The notes under the pieces were generated by a model. The model searched no databases and was not told the origin of the DNA. It saw only the letters and a list, made by a program, of their open reading frames with translations. From contig NC_045704.1 of the NCBI RefSeq assembly GCF_009834535.1, positions 40,176,001-40,240,000 on the forward strand: a DNA stretch of 64,000 nucleotides, given 5' to 3'. This document shows, piece after piece, positions 1 through 13,500 of this stretch (within the stretch, counting starts at the first letter, position 1; each line of letters begins with the position of its first letter). The DNA is from Camelus ferus. Taxonomy: Eukaryota. A program made the translations under genes and the position numbers.

Positions 1-2659
1 GGTGGCTCATTGTCTTGGATGCATAAAGGCAAGCATATTTAAAATGCTAAAGTTAAAAATTTGCATTATAATGAGACTGGTAACCGTCCAATGTCTTATT
101 CTAAACCAGATGGTTCAAGCATTCTACCTTCAGGGGCAAGAAGTCAAACTTTCTACCTAAGATCAAGAGCTGAAAAAAAATTATAAAATTTAAGTGTCTT
201 TCATGAAAATTTTTAACTAGGTCTATCTCATATTTTCTTATTTCTACATTGTCTTCATCAATGTAAGCCTGTGACATAAATTTTAATACATGATTTATGG
301 TTACAAATTCATTTTTTCATTCTCATTTATTATGGGGTGTCACATTCTATCATGCCTGCATTTAATCATCCCTGTCTGCATATTAATGGTTACAAATATG
401 ATACCTGTGTAGACCCAAGAAACCAGGAGCTTAGCTGTCTCAGAATGAAACGGTTGAGCGCCTTGAAAAGTAGGGTTGGGAAAAAAAAAAAAAAACAACT
501 TTAGATGTCTTTGTACATGCATATGCATTACAGAATAACTCACGTAGTGAAAAAGAGGGTTTTCTACTTTGTAGAGTCAATCGGTGTAAATTGATTTTTC
601 ATAAGGCCCCGTAATCTGTACATCCATAACTGTACTAAACATATAATAAGCTTGTGTCAAAATCAGGTGAGATCATAAATAAGACATTGCCAAGTTTTAG
701 TGTCAAGTTTAGACTCAGAGGAAACAGGTACATTCATTTATACATGTTTCATGTACCATAGGCTAAAATGCATAAATCAAAAGACATGTTTTTAGGAAGT
801 TGGCATTTTTCTGAACTGGATGACACAAGGTTTTGAGTGCTGAATAGAGAATTTGCAATTAAAGACAAGTAGGGAAATTGTGGCTCCTAAAGCATGGGTG
901 CCTGACAAAAAACATGTGCTTAATATACGTTTTATTAATGAATAAGCATTTTCTTTTCTCTTGCCAATGAACAGTATCTGGGAGCCATATATGGTACTAA
1001 TGCAAATTGAGTTGTAATACCATCCATGGAACTGAAATGGTGGGCTAGGTGTGGAGGAGGAACCGGAGCCGCGTCCTAGTAACAAACTACAAGGAAAAGG
1101 GGGAACAAATCCTGGGGAGAGCATCAGGAGCAAATCAGAGCTGCAAAGAACAAAACCAAACCGAGATCAACGAAGAGCCAAAAATGCAAGAGAAGAAGAG
1201 GATTTACGATAAACTTGGGAGGAGAGGTAATTGGGGAAGTAACACAGAAAGTGTTAACATAATCAGGAAAAAAACCAAGTCTGATCAGTGACAGTGTGTG
1301 CTGCTGACTATGCAAAGTGAGGTTAAGTCTGAGGACTTCAAGAATCCATGAGGAAGGAGGGAGCATATTAATTAAGAGGAACTGCATGCTTGATTGGTAT
1401 TGTAGTAGAGAAACAGAAATAGGGTAAGTTGTCATCCTTGGCCTGCAGGATGGCTACCGGCTAAGAGTCTTAACTCACACACTCACACACACACACCCAA
1501 AATCTGAACATAAAATCACTGAAGACGGCTAAAAAGGGTAGAAATACAACAAAAAGAGAAGATAGTTTGTCATGAATATCTAAGCAGCCATATTTAAGGA
1601 CTAAGAGTAAAGGCATATTGACCCCTATTTTTAAAAGGGAATATTGGTCTTGAAGTAAAGTGGACAATCCTCCAAAATCTCCGCTAGCCTAGTTTCTAAG
1701 GTAACTCTAGTTTCTAAAAGAGAAAAAACTTCTAAATACAAGCTTCGTGGTTGAAACATAAAGTCTCTGGCCAATATTCCTTGAATTCCATATTTTTCTG
1801 TCCTTTTAGGCAAAACTTTAAAGTTAAAATATCAGTATAATAAAAGAAGGCCTGTGAAGATGTTAAGCCACTTCACTTACAGAAATGTTGATTTCTGAGG
1901 CAGAAAAAAAAGTGCGCTTTCCAAGAGGATCCAAATAATTATTTCTACCTTGGCAGACATGATGAAGTTCACATGATTAATAACTCCTATTGATGTTAGC
2001 AAAGTTGACAATAGCTTTGCAAAGAAATAAATCGTATAATTAGAAATTTCAACAGCTAGTAACAGTCTAACAGTGTTGCTCTCTAAGCACTGTAAAATCG
2101 CCAAACCTGTAAGTTCAGTGCATTTTCCCACCTCCTGCATGTGACACCTCTGCAGCTGTCTTCAAGGAAGCACATCATTTCCAACTTTAAAACATGTTAT
2201 TATATTGGTAACCTGAACCTGACCTAGTGAATAAATGCAATGACAATTGGTTTAATACAAATTACGTGCAATGGTATTACTTACGCCACACTCCTAACGG
2301 CTGAAGGTTTCCTTGTAATTTCACCTTTTTCTGAGGAAGGAGCAGATTTAGACTTTATAAGATTTATTGAAGCGCACTGTAGAAAACATTGATATTTATC
2401 TACTTTGGTTGATATGTATTTTTAAATATCATCAGACTATTTGCCTTAAGCAAGTCAAGGACATACACAAATTTAAGTGCAGTTCTTTTTAATAAGAAAA
2501 CATAACTAAAAATATATCATGGAAATATTTATTTTTTTATATATAAAATATTTTTATTGTATAAAATATTTTTAAAATCTGTTTTTACCTTACCAATTTA
2601 CCCAACCTCCATCTCTAATTACTCTCTTATTCTTAAGTTTCTTTTTCTGTCGTTAAAGG

Positions 2660-2790
2660 AGCACTGTGTGGTGTGAGAACACCTGGTTTCAGATAACCCG
2701 CACTCTGTCTCACTATGTACCTGTAGACAAGATTCTTAACTTCTCTAAACTTTCCATTTTTCTCATTCATAAATTTGAAATGTGGAAATG
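2660..2790 (+). mobile_element. MIR SINE fragment
   Basis: Degenerate MIR core (cttaacttctctaaactttccatttttctcattcataaa); edges approximate. Confidence 0.6.
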
Positions 2791-2861
2791 TCGGTAGGAA
2801 AATTAAAAGAAATAAATAATTAAAGATGATTTATGGGTGCTTGATTATCTATTATATGTAT

Positions 2862-2937
2862 ATATAGTATATATGTGTATATATAGCGTATATGTGTATA
2901 TATAGCGTATATGTGTATATATACCATATACGTGTAT
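2862..2937. repeat. TA-rich tandem repeat, four 19-bp units
   Basis: ATATAGCGTATATGTGTAT exact at 2881-2899 and 2900-2918; variant units at 2862-2880 and 2919-2937. Confidence 0.9.
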
Positions 2938-3649
2938 ATATTAAGCCACATAGAATATTCAGTGTGTACATATATATGTATATATATTCACCACGAAATT
3001 GAGTAAGCATCAATGAGGGTTTTTTTTTTTAATGAAATCTTGTAAAAATTGTCAAACTCAATTACTGCTACTTAAATTTTGCAGTTCTACCTCATGGGAA
3101 CTTTCAGGATATCGTATTTCAAATACACTATAGAATCAGAAATATTAGCATTAGCCCCACTGGTATGTTGTAAAGATGAAACAACACTTTTAAAGTGCTG
3201 GGAACTAAGCAGGGCACAGGGCAAACATTCAATGAATGTCAGCTCCATTTATCATCATATCATCCCCACTGCTCATCACCTGATTTGTTAACTTGCTCTT
3301 TGGTTATTCCAATGATTTTGTTTTTTTCTGCTCTTACTCCCTTTGATCTCTGTCTCAAGCTGATGCCAAGATAATCTTTCTAAACTTTAGCTCTAATCTT
3401 TCCACTTGCCTGACCAAAAACTGAATAGGTCCCCAGATGCCTTTCTTCTTTGGGCATTCAGAGCTCTCCACAATCTGGTAATGTCTTAACCCCCCCAGAT
3501 TTAGATCTCAATGTCTCTTTTACTCCAAGACTCAAGCACACAGACATTCCCTATACGGCCCTCCAGGCCCTTTTGCCTGAGCAGTCGTCTCTTTCCCCAG
3601 AAATCTTTTAACCTTTCCTTCTTCTCTGCTTTTTAATCATCTGCAAGGC

Positions 3650-3975
3650 CTATGGGGAACAGTGTATTTTACAATGTAAGCTGACTGCTGTCAAATAAAA
3701 AGCATATCTCCAAACATAAACATTTCATGCAATAAAAGCTATTCCCATCATGGTCCTATGAGTCAGAATGTGGTCACCATGGAAGGAGAAAAATCTGGAA
3801 GACCACATTAGGGTTTTATGGTTGGCGCACGTGGTAAATGGCATAAGACACTTTCAGCCACATTTCATTGGCCAAATTCAGTCAAATGGTCCATCTTAAC
3901 TATAAGGAGGACAGGGCAAATTCAGTGTTCCTGAGTACAGTAGAAGAAAATTTAACAGTGTCAGCAAAACAGCAT
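3650..3975 (-). mobile_element. Old MaLR LTR (MLT1J/K-like)
   Basis: cacatttcattggccaaattcagtcaaatggtccatcttaactataagg resembles the reversed MLT1 U3 motif. Confidence 0.6.
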
Positions 3976-4099
3976 TTTCTTACCACTGCGTCTGTCCTCA
4001 GACTTCATCCCTTCTCCTTCCCTTCTCCAGCTATACTAACTACTCCACTGCTGCTAGCAGATCTCACCAATATCGTATTTTAAAAAACAAATCTACAAC

Positions 4100-4900
4100 T
4101 AAACAAACCCCTATACTAACCATGCCCAAATTTCTTTCTCTAGCACCAGCATCTCCCCTGAAATCCAGAAGGCTATATCCAACTATCTTTGGAACAACTT
4201 CGCTTGGATGTGTCATAGACATTTTAAACTTAACAGGTTTAAACAAAACTAATGATCAGCCCAGCCCCAAACCTGGTCCTCCTGAATGTCCCAGCTCTGT
4301 AAGTGGCAAGGCTCATCGGCTCAGGCCCAATCTTTAAGTATTTCAGGAAAATCCCTCCCCCTCCAAAATTCATCCCCTCTCAAAAATTCACCCAAAATTC
4401 ATCCAAAAGTCCTGAATATTCTACCTTGGATGGTAGCCTGATTCTGAGCGCCCGCCCAGCCACAACTCCCATCCCAGCTCACCACTCCCATCTCTCCCCT
4501 GGCTCACTGCAATGACCTCTTAACTCATTTTTCCCCCCAAAATGTATCCCCCTGCAACTTATTTTTAACAAACCATCCAAAGTAGTCTTTTAAATTTTAG
4601 TTCAGAATGTATCACTCCAGTCCTTAAATGCTCTCTAATGTTTTCCCACATTTCACAGCCCGAAGCCTTAAAAATGGCCTCTGGCTGCACGGCTGAGCCC
4701 CTCTGTGCTTCTTAGACCTCATTTCCTACCAGTCTTCCACCCTGTCTGCCTGTTCAGCCTGCTAGCTCTTAAACACCTGAAGCCTGCTTCCAGCTCAGGC
4801 TCTGCCCTCCGGGTAGCAGCTCTCCAGATCTCTGCATGGCTCTCTGGAATCTTTGAGATTTCATCCCAAACTCCATCCTATTAGAGATGACTTCTCCAAA
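4100..4900 (+). mobile_element. L2 LINE 3' region
   Basis: tctcccctgaaatccagaaggctatatccaactatc...cttggatgtgtcatagacattttaaacttaaca is a typical L2 3' block. Confidence 0.85.
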
Positions 4901-5139
4901 ACCCCATATAAAATTACAGCCACCCCCATGTATATCCACTTTCTTTCATTTAGCCCTGCTTAAATCCTCCTCATTTGATTTATTATCTAAGAATATACTA
5001 CTTATTATGACTTTCTAGGAAGTCCTGTATAAAATTTCAGTCCTCAAACTTCCTTCCCTTCTATCCCGCTTTACTGGTTCCCCCCCCCCCTTATAACATA
5101 TCATGAGAGAACTTTTTATTTAACTGGTTGTTTGCTTGT

Positions 5140-5618
5140 TGTATTAGTTTTTTATGGCTGATGTAACAGATTTCCACAAACTTAGTGGCTTTAAAAAACA
5201 CAAATTTATAATTCCACGAGTCAGAAATCCGACATAGGTTTCATACTAAAATGAAGGTAAGGCTAGACTCTCTTCCTGGAGGCCCTAGGGGGGAAATCTT
5301 TTTCCTCACTGTTTCCAGCTTCTCAAGGATGCCTGAATCCCTTGGCTCATGGCCCTTCTTTCATTCTCAAAGCCAGTGATGACTGGTTGAGACTTTCTCA
5401 TATTCCGACTTTGACTCTTCTGCCTCTTTTATTCCATATTTAAGGACCCTCGGGATTACACTGGACCTGCCTGCCCAGATAATCCAGGCTGATCTGCCAA
5501 TCTTAGAGTCAGCTGATTAACAAACTTAACTCCACATACAACCTTAACTCCCCTTCACCATAAACGTAACATTCACAGGTTCCGAGGACTAGACGTGGGC
5601 ATTACTCTGCCCTTCATG
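5140..5618 (-). mobile_element. Solo MaLR LTR (MLT1D/E-like) with 5-bp target-site duplication
   Basis: Begins tgtattagttt and contains acaaacttagtggcttt and ataatccagg motifs; CTTGT flanks both ends (5135-5139, 5619-5623). Confidence 0.9.
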
Positions 5619-5841
5619 CTTGTTTCCTCTCTCCTCGGTCCCCAGAAGCAGGTCAGTGTTGGGAGGACAGGGGTTTCGTTTCCCTACTGCGTTTCTGCAG
5701 CCGCACTGTCCTTGGTATGTTAACAGCGGTCTGATGGGTGTTTCTTGGATAAACAGCATGTTAACAGGAGCAATAGCCAAAAACACTAACATGTAACATG
5801 CCTCTTGAATTCTCAATGACAGGGGCGGCCTGAATCCACGC

Positions 5842-5935
5842 TATCAAGTGTGGCCTGTGGACACTTGGCATCATCCAAGAGTGTTAGAAATGCAGACCCT
5901 CAGCCCCCTCCGAACTGCTGGACCAGCACCAGCAC
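5842..5935 (+). mobile_element. MER5A-like hAT-Charlie DNA transposon remnant
   Basis: tcaagtgtggcctgtggac...ggcatcatccaagagtgttagaaatgcagaccctcagcccc. Confidence 0.7.
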
Positions 5936-6891
5936 TCCACAGGGCCTGCCAGGGGCACCTGTGACATCTGAGGAGGGGCAGCCTGAGCGATCCAAAACCA
6001 ACCAGTCAGCCCAAAGGAGACAACGAAGGTCTCACTCTCCGAGCTTGGCGTGTTGAATGACTGGACACTCACGTCCACTGGTCCAAGCACACACGTATGC
6101 CAAGTCTCCTTGGCCTCATATGCTACATCAAAGCTGACTCCTTGGAAGTAGTAAAATCCAAGACTTGCCTTACTGTGGTTGACAAGCCCCCCCACCCAAA
6201 ATCACAAAACACAGAGGCAGAGAAGACCTAAGTCTTCACACCTTTGCCAGCACACAGAAAAGTGACCAGACCCCCCAAAAAAGGCATTCAGCACATAACA
6301 ACTGTCTGAATAATTTCAACTCCTTTGCTGAGGGGAAACATTTTTTTAAATACCATTTTCTTGAAGCCTTTTAACAACAACAAAAGCTTGCAGGAGACTT
6401 TTAAAATACTGCTGTGTTTCATCAGGGCTTTCTGACTGCTACTGAGGACGAGGCTTGCTTTTTTTATTATTGATTATTTCGGGTATGTGTATAAGCATGC
6501 ATTTTAAAAACACAAAAAGCAAAAGAGGAGAGGTAATTAGGCACTATAATAACAAACAACTTTTGATTTTACTTAGCTTACAATGGGATTAAATACACTT
6601 TGTAAGAAAAAACGATGACATTGTTTTAAGGGAATTGATCATCACGGCCTGAACTCTGCGGCCTGTGGCTTTCCCCTTAGTAAATGGAACAACGAACAGG
6701 TTTTGCAAGGCTCCTTTTGACAACTCAGTGCCGTGGCTTCAGGACGTGATTTTTTCTCTCATAAGCCTAAACTCACCTCTATCTCCAGAAAGGCACTTCC
6801 TCTGGAAAGTGGCAATATCAGATGCTGTATCCTCTCCCCACAAAATACTAAAATTCCTTTGAATAGAGGAAATTCTAACCCAGTGCCAGAA

Positions 6892-6895
<4 letters not shown>

Positions 6896-6926
<31 letters not shown>
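6896..6926. repeat. (AC)15 microsatellite
   Basis: Read directly. Confidence 0.98.
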
Positions 6927-6928
<2 letters not shown>

Positions 6929-7019
6929 TGCACTTATTAAAGTTGTTTAAAACACTCTCCTTTCTTTCCACTCACTTTTCTGCTAGAATCTAGATGGGGC
7001 CAGCCAGTCAGGTGAGGGT

Positions 7020-7250
7020 CAGCGGATCTGGACTGTTTGGCTGGGTCCATCTCCAAGCTGAAGCTTCACCTTTCTGGGACTGTGATCTAACCAGGGGCAT
7101 ATGTTTTTCATGGTGACGACAGAGTCCTAGGAAGACGAGATGGCAAAAAGTCTTTCCGACAATATCTGATGAGATGAGCTTCCTAGCATGGAGACTACTT
7201 AGTCCTGAGACTTTTTGAAGGCTGACAGATTTGCTAACAGATGTGCTGGG
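7020..7250 (-). mobile_element. MLT1J/K-like LTR fragment
   Basis: ggcatatgtttttcatggtgacgacagag resembles the reversed MLT1 motif ccatgagaagaacatgcc. Confidence 0.45.
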
Positions 7251-7259
7251 TACCATCAG

Positions 7260-7360
7260 GATGTCATCTCAGTTTCTTCATCCATAACTGAGGATGATGA
7301 TAACATCACAGGAGCATTGTTCTGAGAATTACCTGTGAAGCTGTCTCAGAAAACGTTTAG
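7260..7360 (+). mobile_element. MIR fragment
   Basis: ctcagtttcttcatccataactgaggatgatgataac. Confidence 0.7.
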
Positions 7361-8679
7361 TAAACCATTAATTACAACACGACTGATCTTTTAGAGCCAT
7401 CTACCTAATACTTTAGTAACAATTTTGCATTAAATGTAACAAATAATGAAACTTCAGCTTAATCGTCTTGTTTTCTCTCAACTGCTACTTAACAGCACGG
7501 TATACATGAAATAAGAACTCTGAGGTCAAATAAACGCATATTTGAATTCTGCCTGAGTCATTTACTAGGCTTGCGATTGTGGTCAATTACTAGCAATGAG
7601 CCTTGAAGAAACTTTCTTACAAAGCTGGCAAAATAATGCCTCTCTCACAATTTTAAATAGTAAAAGGGGAAATATTTTATTCGTGAATCACTTAACACTG
7701 CATCCAGCACTTTAAGACATATAAAATTTCTAGCTCTCTTTACCTCCTACTTAAAAATTTTATAACCATTGCAGTGATTAACTTGTCACCTGTCTATTTT
7801 GAGGTCATAACTGGAGTCATCTCATCTCTGTATGTTAAGTTGTAAATACTCTGAGTGAGCCTATGCTAGAATACTCATTTGTGACTAGACCAGCAAAGTG
7901 CTGAAATTCAGTAGACTTTTGCCATGTGTTTTTGCTTTCAGATGTGTATCAGAAGCCTAATGAAGTCTGTCTGTCTTCTAAAACCTGCTATCAGCAGGAA
8001 TGACTGACAAGGTTTTCTGGGGGGCTGGGGGGCAGGCAGGAAGAGATGGTCATATGATAATCAGGGACAGATGCAAATCCATGAAATAAAATAACATCCT
8101 AATTCCGTTAGACGCAATATTTTGCCATGGAATGTTTAATTGGTTGCATTTGAACAGAGATTATGTTGAATTGCACTCTGGACAATCCCGAGATGTGGAG
8201 GACCATATGCTAAATTCCTCAAGGTGCAGTGAGAGGGGCTCATGTGCTTGTTAAGGACATGCCAGGCCATCGGCAGCATATGTATTGGATAGCTTTATAA
8301 CACACGTGTTCTCAGGGGGGAAATTATGTGCAAAACATCATATTCTGAAATAGGAATCTGCATCCTCTCTTGTACAATTGGAAAGATTATAGTTATTAAA
8401 AGTCAATAAAACATCAAATTGCTTACTTTCAAGCTAGGTATAGAGTGTTTTGGGCATTTCTTTAGAAAATCTTTAGAAAGATTGCAGACTTTGTTCCTTT
8501 CACATTTTGTGCATCTTTGGGTTGGGTGGAAAGTGTGATGAGAGGTAACTGTCCCTGTTTATGGAGAGATCACTGCCACCATCATCAATTTCAAGCCACT
8601 ATTTGCTTAATCTATGCTACCTGGTCTGATGACCCTTTTATATGCACGGTGGTATATAATCCCTGCCTCACCGCTGTGA

Positions 8680-8805
8680 TTTTCTAATGCCCATTTTACA
8701 GATCGGGAGACTAATGCGTAGAGAAAGCAAGCAGTTTCCTCAAGGTCACGCAGCTAACAGATGGCTGAGCCTGGCTTTTGATCCTACCTCTATATAATAG
8801 GTTCT
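8680..8805 (-). mobile_element. MIR fragment
   Basis: cccattttacagatcgggagact...tcaaggtcacgcagctaacagatggctgagcc. Confidence 0.85.
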
Positions 8806-10979
8806 TGCCTATTTTCCATGTGAATAAGTGAAGAGAACAGATATTTGGAGGAATTTCATGGATAATTTGATGAAAGCTGAACAAATCTATATCATAAATG
8901 TATCAGAACTGAGTCTTGCTACCTGAAAAGTAAAATTATATTTGTCTTTCACGTAAATAAAGGCAGCTCCCATGGTCATGGGAGTTCAGTGAAAATCTCA
9001 GCTTTCTACTCCAGTATCCCTGCTGTATGCCTGTTGCGCTTACAATCCAAGATAGTTCCTAGTGCTCCAGTGATATTTTTCAGAACTCCAGCCATCAGAG
9101 CTTTATACTAGGTGGCAGAGCAGAGAGAAAAAAAAAAGACACATTATCTTCTTTTTGGATATCCTTGATGACTGTAAAGCAAGCCTTCAGTAATACTTCT
9201 CTTGGTGGCACATGACCTCATCTAGTTTCAAGAAACATTGGAAAATATGCCCTATTATGTGGGCAATAACGTGCCCAGTTGAGAAGTATGATTCTGTAAC
9301 TAATGATTGAAAGGGAGAATGGGTATTAGAAACGAATGCCATACTATCTAAAGCAAACACTACAAAAAATCATCCAAAATTATTTTCATTTTGAAAAAGA
9401 ACACAGATAACATTAATGTCTGTCTTATGGATAATCTGAATGACCGATTTATTTAAAAAAAAATACTTCCATAAGATTTCAGGACTCATATTTGTATTTC
9501 TGCTTATCAAATTATCAGTAACAAATAGCACCTTTTTAATTGTTAGCAATGAAAAAAGAATTGTGTCAATTCTACTATGTGAGTGATACACACATGCCAA
9601 ATGAAGGTCAAATTACATCACACCACACTATAGAGACAATGACTTTATAATAATTTGAATAGAGAAAAATGATCACAGTTTTGATTCCCTTGGTGTACAG
9701 AGTAGAACTGACATTTCAATTGCAAAAGAACCTGTGCCATAGCGATCACGTGGCAGGCAGGGACTTTATTTCAAACAATATTACCTGTCAAGAAAAACTC
9801 ATGCTTGTTAATGTGCATTTTATTAACGTGAAGTTTTTTGAATTTAATTATAAATTTGTGGTTTTATAATTTGTTAACTATAAGCCTATGAATTTTCTAA
9901 TGAGTTTCATGTTTATTGTATACATAATTTTATCGTAAAATTAATTTAAATCAACATGGGTTCTGTATTTTTTTCCCCTTTCTTTTAAACAAGTTCATTT
10001 ACACATTATTCAAATTTCAGAAACACAGACAAGTAAAAAGTGCTTGGTAAATGTAAATAATCACTGGAAGTGGTAAAGTCGAGCTTACTTCTCTGTCGCC
10101 TCAAAAAGAGACCCATTCACTTCCCGCTATGCTGCGCGATCTCCAGCCTGAGATTAATCGACACTTTTCTCTCTAATTCCCTCTTCTCAGCATCCATCAT
10201 TTCCTTCTGTGTCTCCTGTGTGCTTGTCTCATTGATCAGGAAAGGTTTAATACCAGGTTCTTGACTGCTCGTTTTGAACCCTTGTAAAATGCAGGGGCTG
10301 TGGCGGCCCATTTGAGCGCTTCATGAAAGAGTGACTGATGGGCTGAGTGCCTGCCCCATGGATAAAAGCACTGAGTGAGAGCGTAAACATGTGTGTGCAC
10401 TGCACAGACTCTCCTTCAGGGAAGGGCTTGCTGCCCAGCAGCCAGAGCATGGCCAGTTCCCGCAGGGTCAGCCTCAGCTCCCTGGAGCTGCTTCACGGAA
10501 CCCCCTCCCTTCCTGGGCCGCCTGCGCCCGGGCACTGCGGAGGGCAGAGTGTAAAGATCAAGCCATTTTAGTTTGTTTCAGGACAGCGCTGGATAGGCTG
10601 AGCGTTTACCAGGCTTGCATTGTAATTCAATTTCTCCCTCTGCCAATCCTGCTTCTCTCACCTTCTTCTCACACGAAATGACCCGTGGGAAACATCTTGT
10701 ACCCCAAGCTGCATTCATCAACCGCTGCTGGGGAACCCAGGCTGTGATCTTTACTAACCACTATGTTGCAGGTGCTACATTGTTGTTTCTTCCTCTACTC
10801 TTGGTTCATTTCCTCTGATTCTCTAGCAGTCTTTTACACTAAATACTGATACCATATTCTCATTTTATATCTTAGGATAGTGAGAATCAGAGAAAAATCA
10901 ATTACTTAATCAGAGTCACACAACTGGTAGGTTATAAACCCAGAATACAGTCAAGACTTCAAATCCAGTAGCCCAGCAC

Positions 10980-11720
10980 TCATTCCTTTCTTCATTAAAA
11001 ATAATGAAAGACGATTTAGTGAGTGTTTAATTTATTCCACACACTGTGCTAGCCCCTGAGTAGGTAAATGGGAAAAAATAATGAGAGAGCAGAAATAGAC
11101 CCTCCTCTCTGTCTTTGTAAAACTTATAGCCTAGTAGGGAAAACAGACAATTTCCAAATAAAATGTCAAGAAATTACAGCCTTTTGCATCTAAAAAGAGG
11201 CATATATGGTCAGGATAATCTGTAAAGGGAAGTTCTGAACACCTGCAGGAGATTATAGAGGGCTTTTAGTAAAAAAAAAAAAATATATATCATTTCCAAT
11301 TAACATCTCAAGGATTAGTGAGATTTGTCTCAGTGAATAAGAAAATAAAGACTATTTAAGACAGAAAATGTGATGTTCAAAGGCCCTGTGACTGGAGGAT
11401 CCCCGTAACTGGATCTTAGAGAAGGCAACTAGAGCATTTAGACCATAGCATTAAATGGTCTAAAATGAGATCAGAGAGATACATATTTATGATAGGGAGA
11501 CCCAAGGTAAGACGTTTTGTCTTCATGACATGAGTGATGAGATGACTTCTAATAATTTTAAACAGTTTTGCATTTTAAAGTCATTATTTTTCTTTATGGC
11601 AAGGAAAAGCCATTAGAGAGGATGAGAATGGATGTGAGAGGACATGTAGTTAAGCCCAAGCCAGAGGTGCCAATAGCTTAAAATGGACAGAGCAGATGGA
11701 CAGCCAAAGGGGTCAACACT
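10980..11720 (-). mobile_element. L2 3' region
   Basis: Reversed L2 tail (cactgtgctag...aaacttatagcctagtagggaaaacagaca) plus upstream L2-like blocks. Confidence 0.7.
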
Positions 11721-12559
11721 GAGGAAGTGGGATGTTTCATACCAGAAATGAAATACGACAGATGAAAATGATCAATATGCCACTGGATGATTATAGTGAC
11801 ACTGGGCTGAACAGAGCAAAAATTTCACTGCAGTAGACAAACAACATTAGAAGGAAGGAAGAAAGCTAAGCGAATAAAGCCCCAGACCCACAAAGCATGA
11901 AGACACAGGAGGCGGTGGATCAGACAAAGAATCAGCCTTCGAGAGGTAGTAACACCCACACTTCTTCGTGCTGGTCCACAGTAAACATGTGCTCAGTACC
12001 TCCTCACAGTAGGTGGGTTCCTTGAAGTTTCCTTCTGTTTTAGAACCGCAGTTGTATGATGTACAAGTGGGTCCCGTAATTCATAAATGTGAAGTCTGCT
12101 CTTGACCCTCTTGCCCACCTCTGGCCACTAACTTAGGAGAAGCCTTGGCCCACAGCACCGCACAGATAACCTTGCCTCGCTGACAAATTATATCAGAGCT
12201 CCCACACAGATCAATCCTTAAAGTGTGGAACAGCATGTCTGTGAAACTCTTCTACAGATGTTAATAATTTTTGTTTCCTGTACAAAAATTATGTTTATGA
12301 ATTTATCCATCAGGCTCATCAAAGTGCTTGTGTTTTCAAGTATTTTAAGGATTGTTTGTTCTTATAAATTAGGTTTTATTTCATTAAGACACATAACAAG
12401 CTAGCTAAAAGCCTTTCATTTTCAAAGCAGCACGCAGATTTAAACTAACAGAGGAGTGTTCAGAGCTACAAGATAGGACTCAAGGAGATAAATCAGTATT
12501 TCACCCAATAAATATGGCACTTTGTTCTCATGAGGAGAACTTGATCATTTTTCTCTTCC

Positions 12560-13500
12560 CTCTTGTCTCTTTTTATTCTGGTCTTTCCTCCACACAGAGC
12601 CAGATTTATCTTTTCAAATCAATCTAATCATGGCAGTCTCATGCTTAAAACCCCAGGATGGTTGTCCGCTTCCTACAGAATGAAGTACAAACACCTTAGC
12701 CTGGCATTTAAAGGCTCTTCAAAATCTGATTCCAAGCTAAGTTTCCAGCATTACCTCCTATCACACTTCCCTCCAGGCACACGATCTCTCCTTCCAGAAT
12801 TGCTCACGGGCTCCTCAGCAAAATATGCCAACACATATCTCCTTTTGCTTGTGCTCTTCCTCTTAAAGGGGAACAGAATATGTGACCCCAGAATGTGTTA
12901 CTTTTGCACGTGGATTATTCTGAGCTGAAGGCAATCCATATAAAGCTGACTCTAGAAAAACTTAACTACCTAAAATAATTTAGATAGGGGTCCTGGCTCA
13001 GAGAGAGAGCTCTTGCCAGAGATACATTTTATCTGAAGGACCTACCTGCAGGGCAGGACAACCATCTAGTTACCAAGCACCTGCTCTTCTTACTGTCCTG
13101 TGAGCTGTCCTCCTCCCCTTTGAAGCCCCAGTCCCATTCCTTAGCTCAGGGTGGTAAATAAGCCCCCAGCGCCTCACTTGTCCTTGGGCTTCATATTGTT
13201 CTGAGACATTCCTATGTATATAATTAAATTAATTTCTTCTGTTAATCTGTCTTATCACAACTTAATTATTTGACCAGCCAAAAGAATCAAGAAGGGTAGA
13301 GGGAAAAAATTTTCCTCCCCTGAACTTCCATCTGGAATTCCTATCTTTTCTTCTTTTCTGGAAAATACTTGCTACAATTCAAGACCTGCTTCGAATGGTA
13401 CCTCCTCCACCAAGGAGCCTATTTCTGTACTTGTGTAGTTACTCCTTTTTTCCCTATTTCAACAAAGCTTTTAAATATTTCTGTTATCTCCATCATAGCA
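12560..13500 (+). mobile_element. L2 fragment split by an ERV1 LTR
   Basis: L2 motif ctcatgcttaaaaccccaggatgg...cttagcctggcatttaaaggctc lies before 12863; L2 resumes after about 13325. Confidence 0.75.
12863..13324 (+). mobile_element. Solo ERV1 LTR, MER34/MER39-like
   Basis: Starts aagggaacagaatatgtgaccccagaat; ends ccagccaaaagaatcaagaagggtagagggaaaaaattttcctcccctgaa. Confidence 0.85.

Noticed and set aside
792-1435. Overlapping ORFs on both strands, including charged peptides such as EEEPEPRPSNKLQG...REEEDLR
   Set aside because: A T-poor purine-rich strand explains the lack of stops in several frames; no homology recognised.
5133-5623. Apparent 7-bp target-site duplication (TGCTTGT) around the MLT1 LTR
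   Set aside because: Resolves to the canonical 5-bp CTTGT if the terminal CA mutated to TG, which fits the consensus length.
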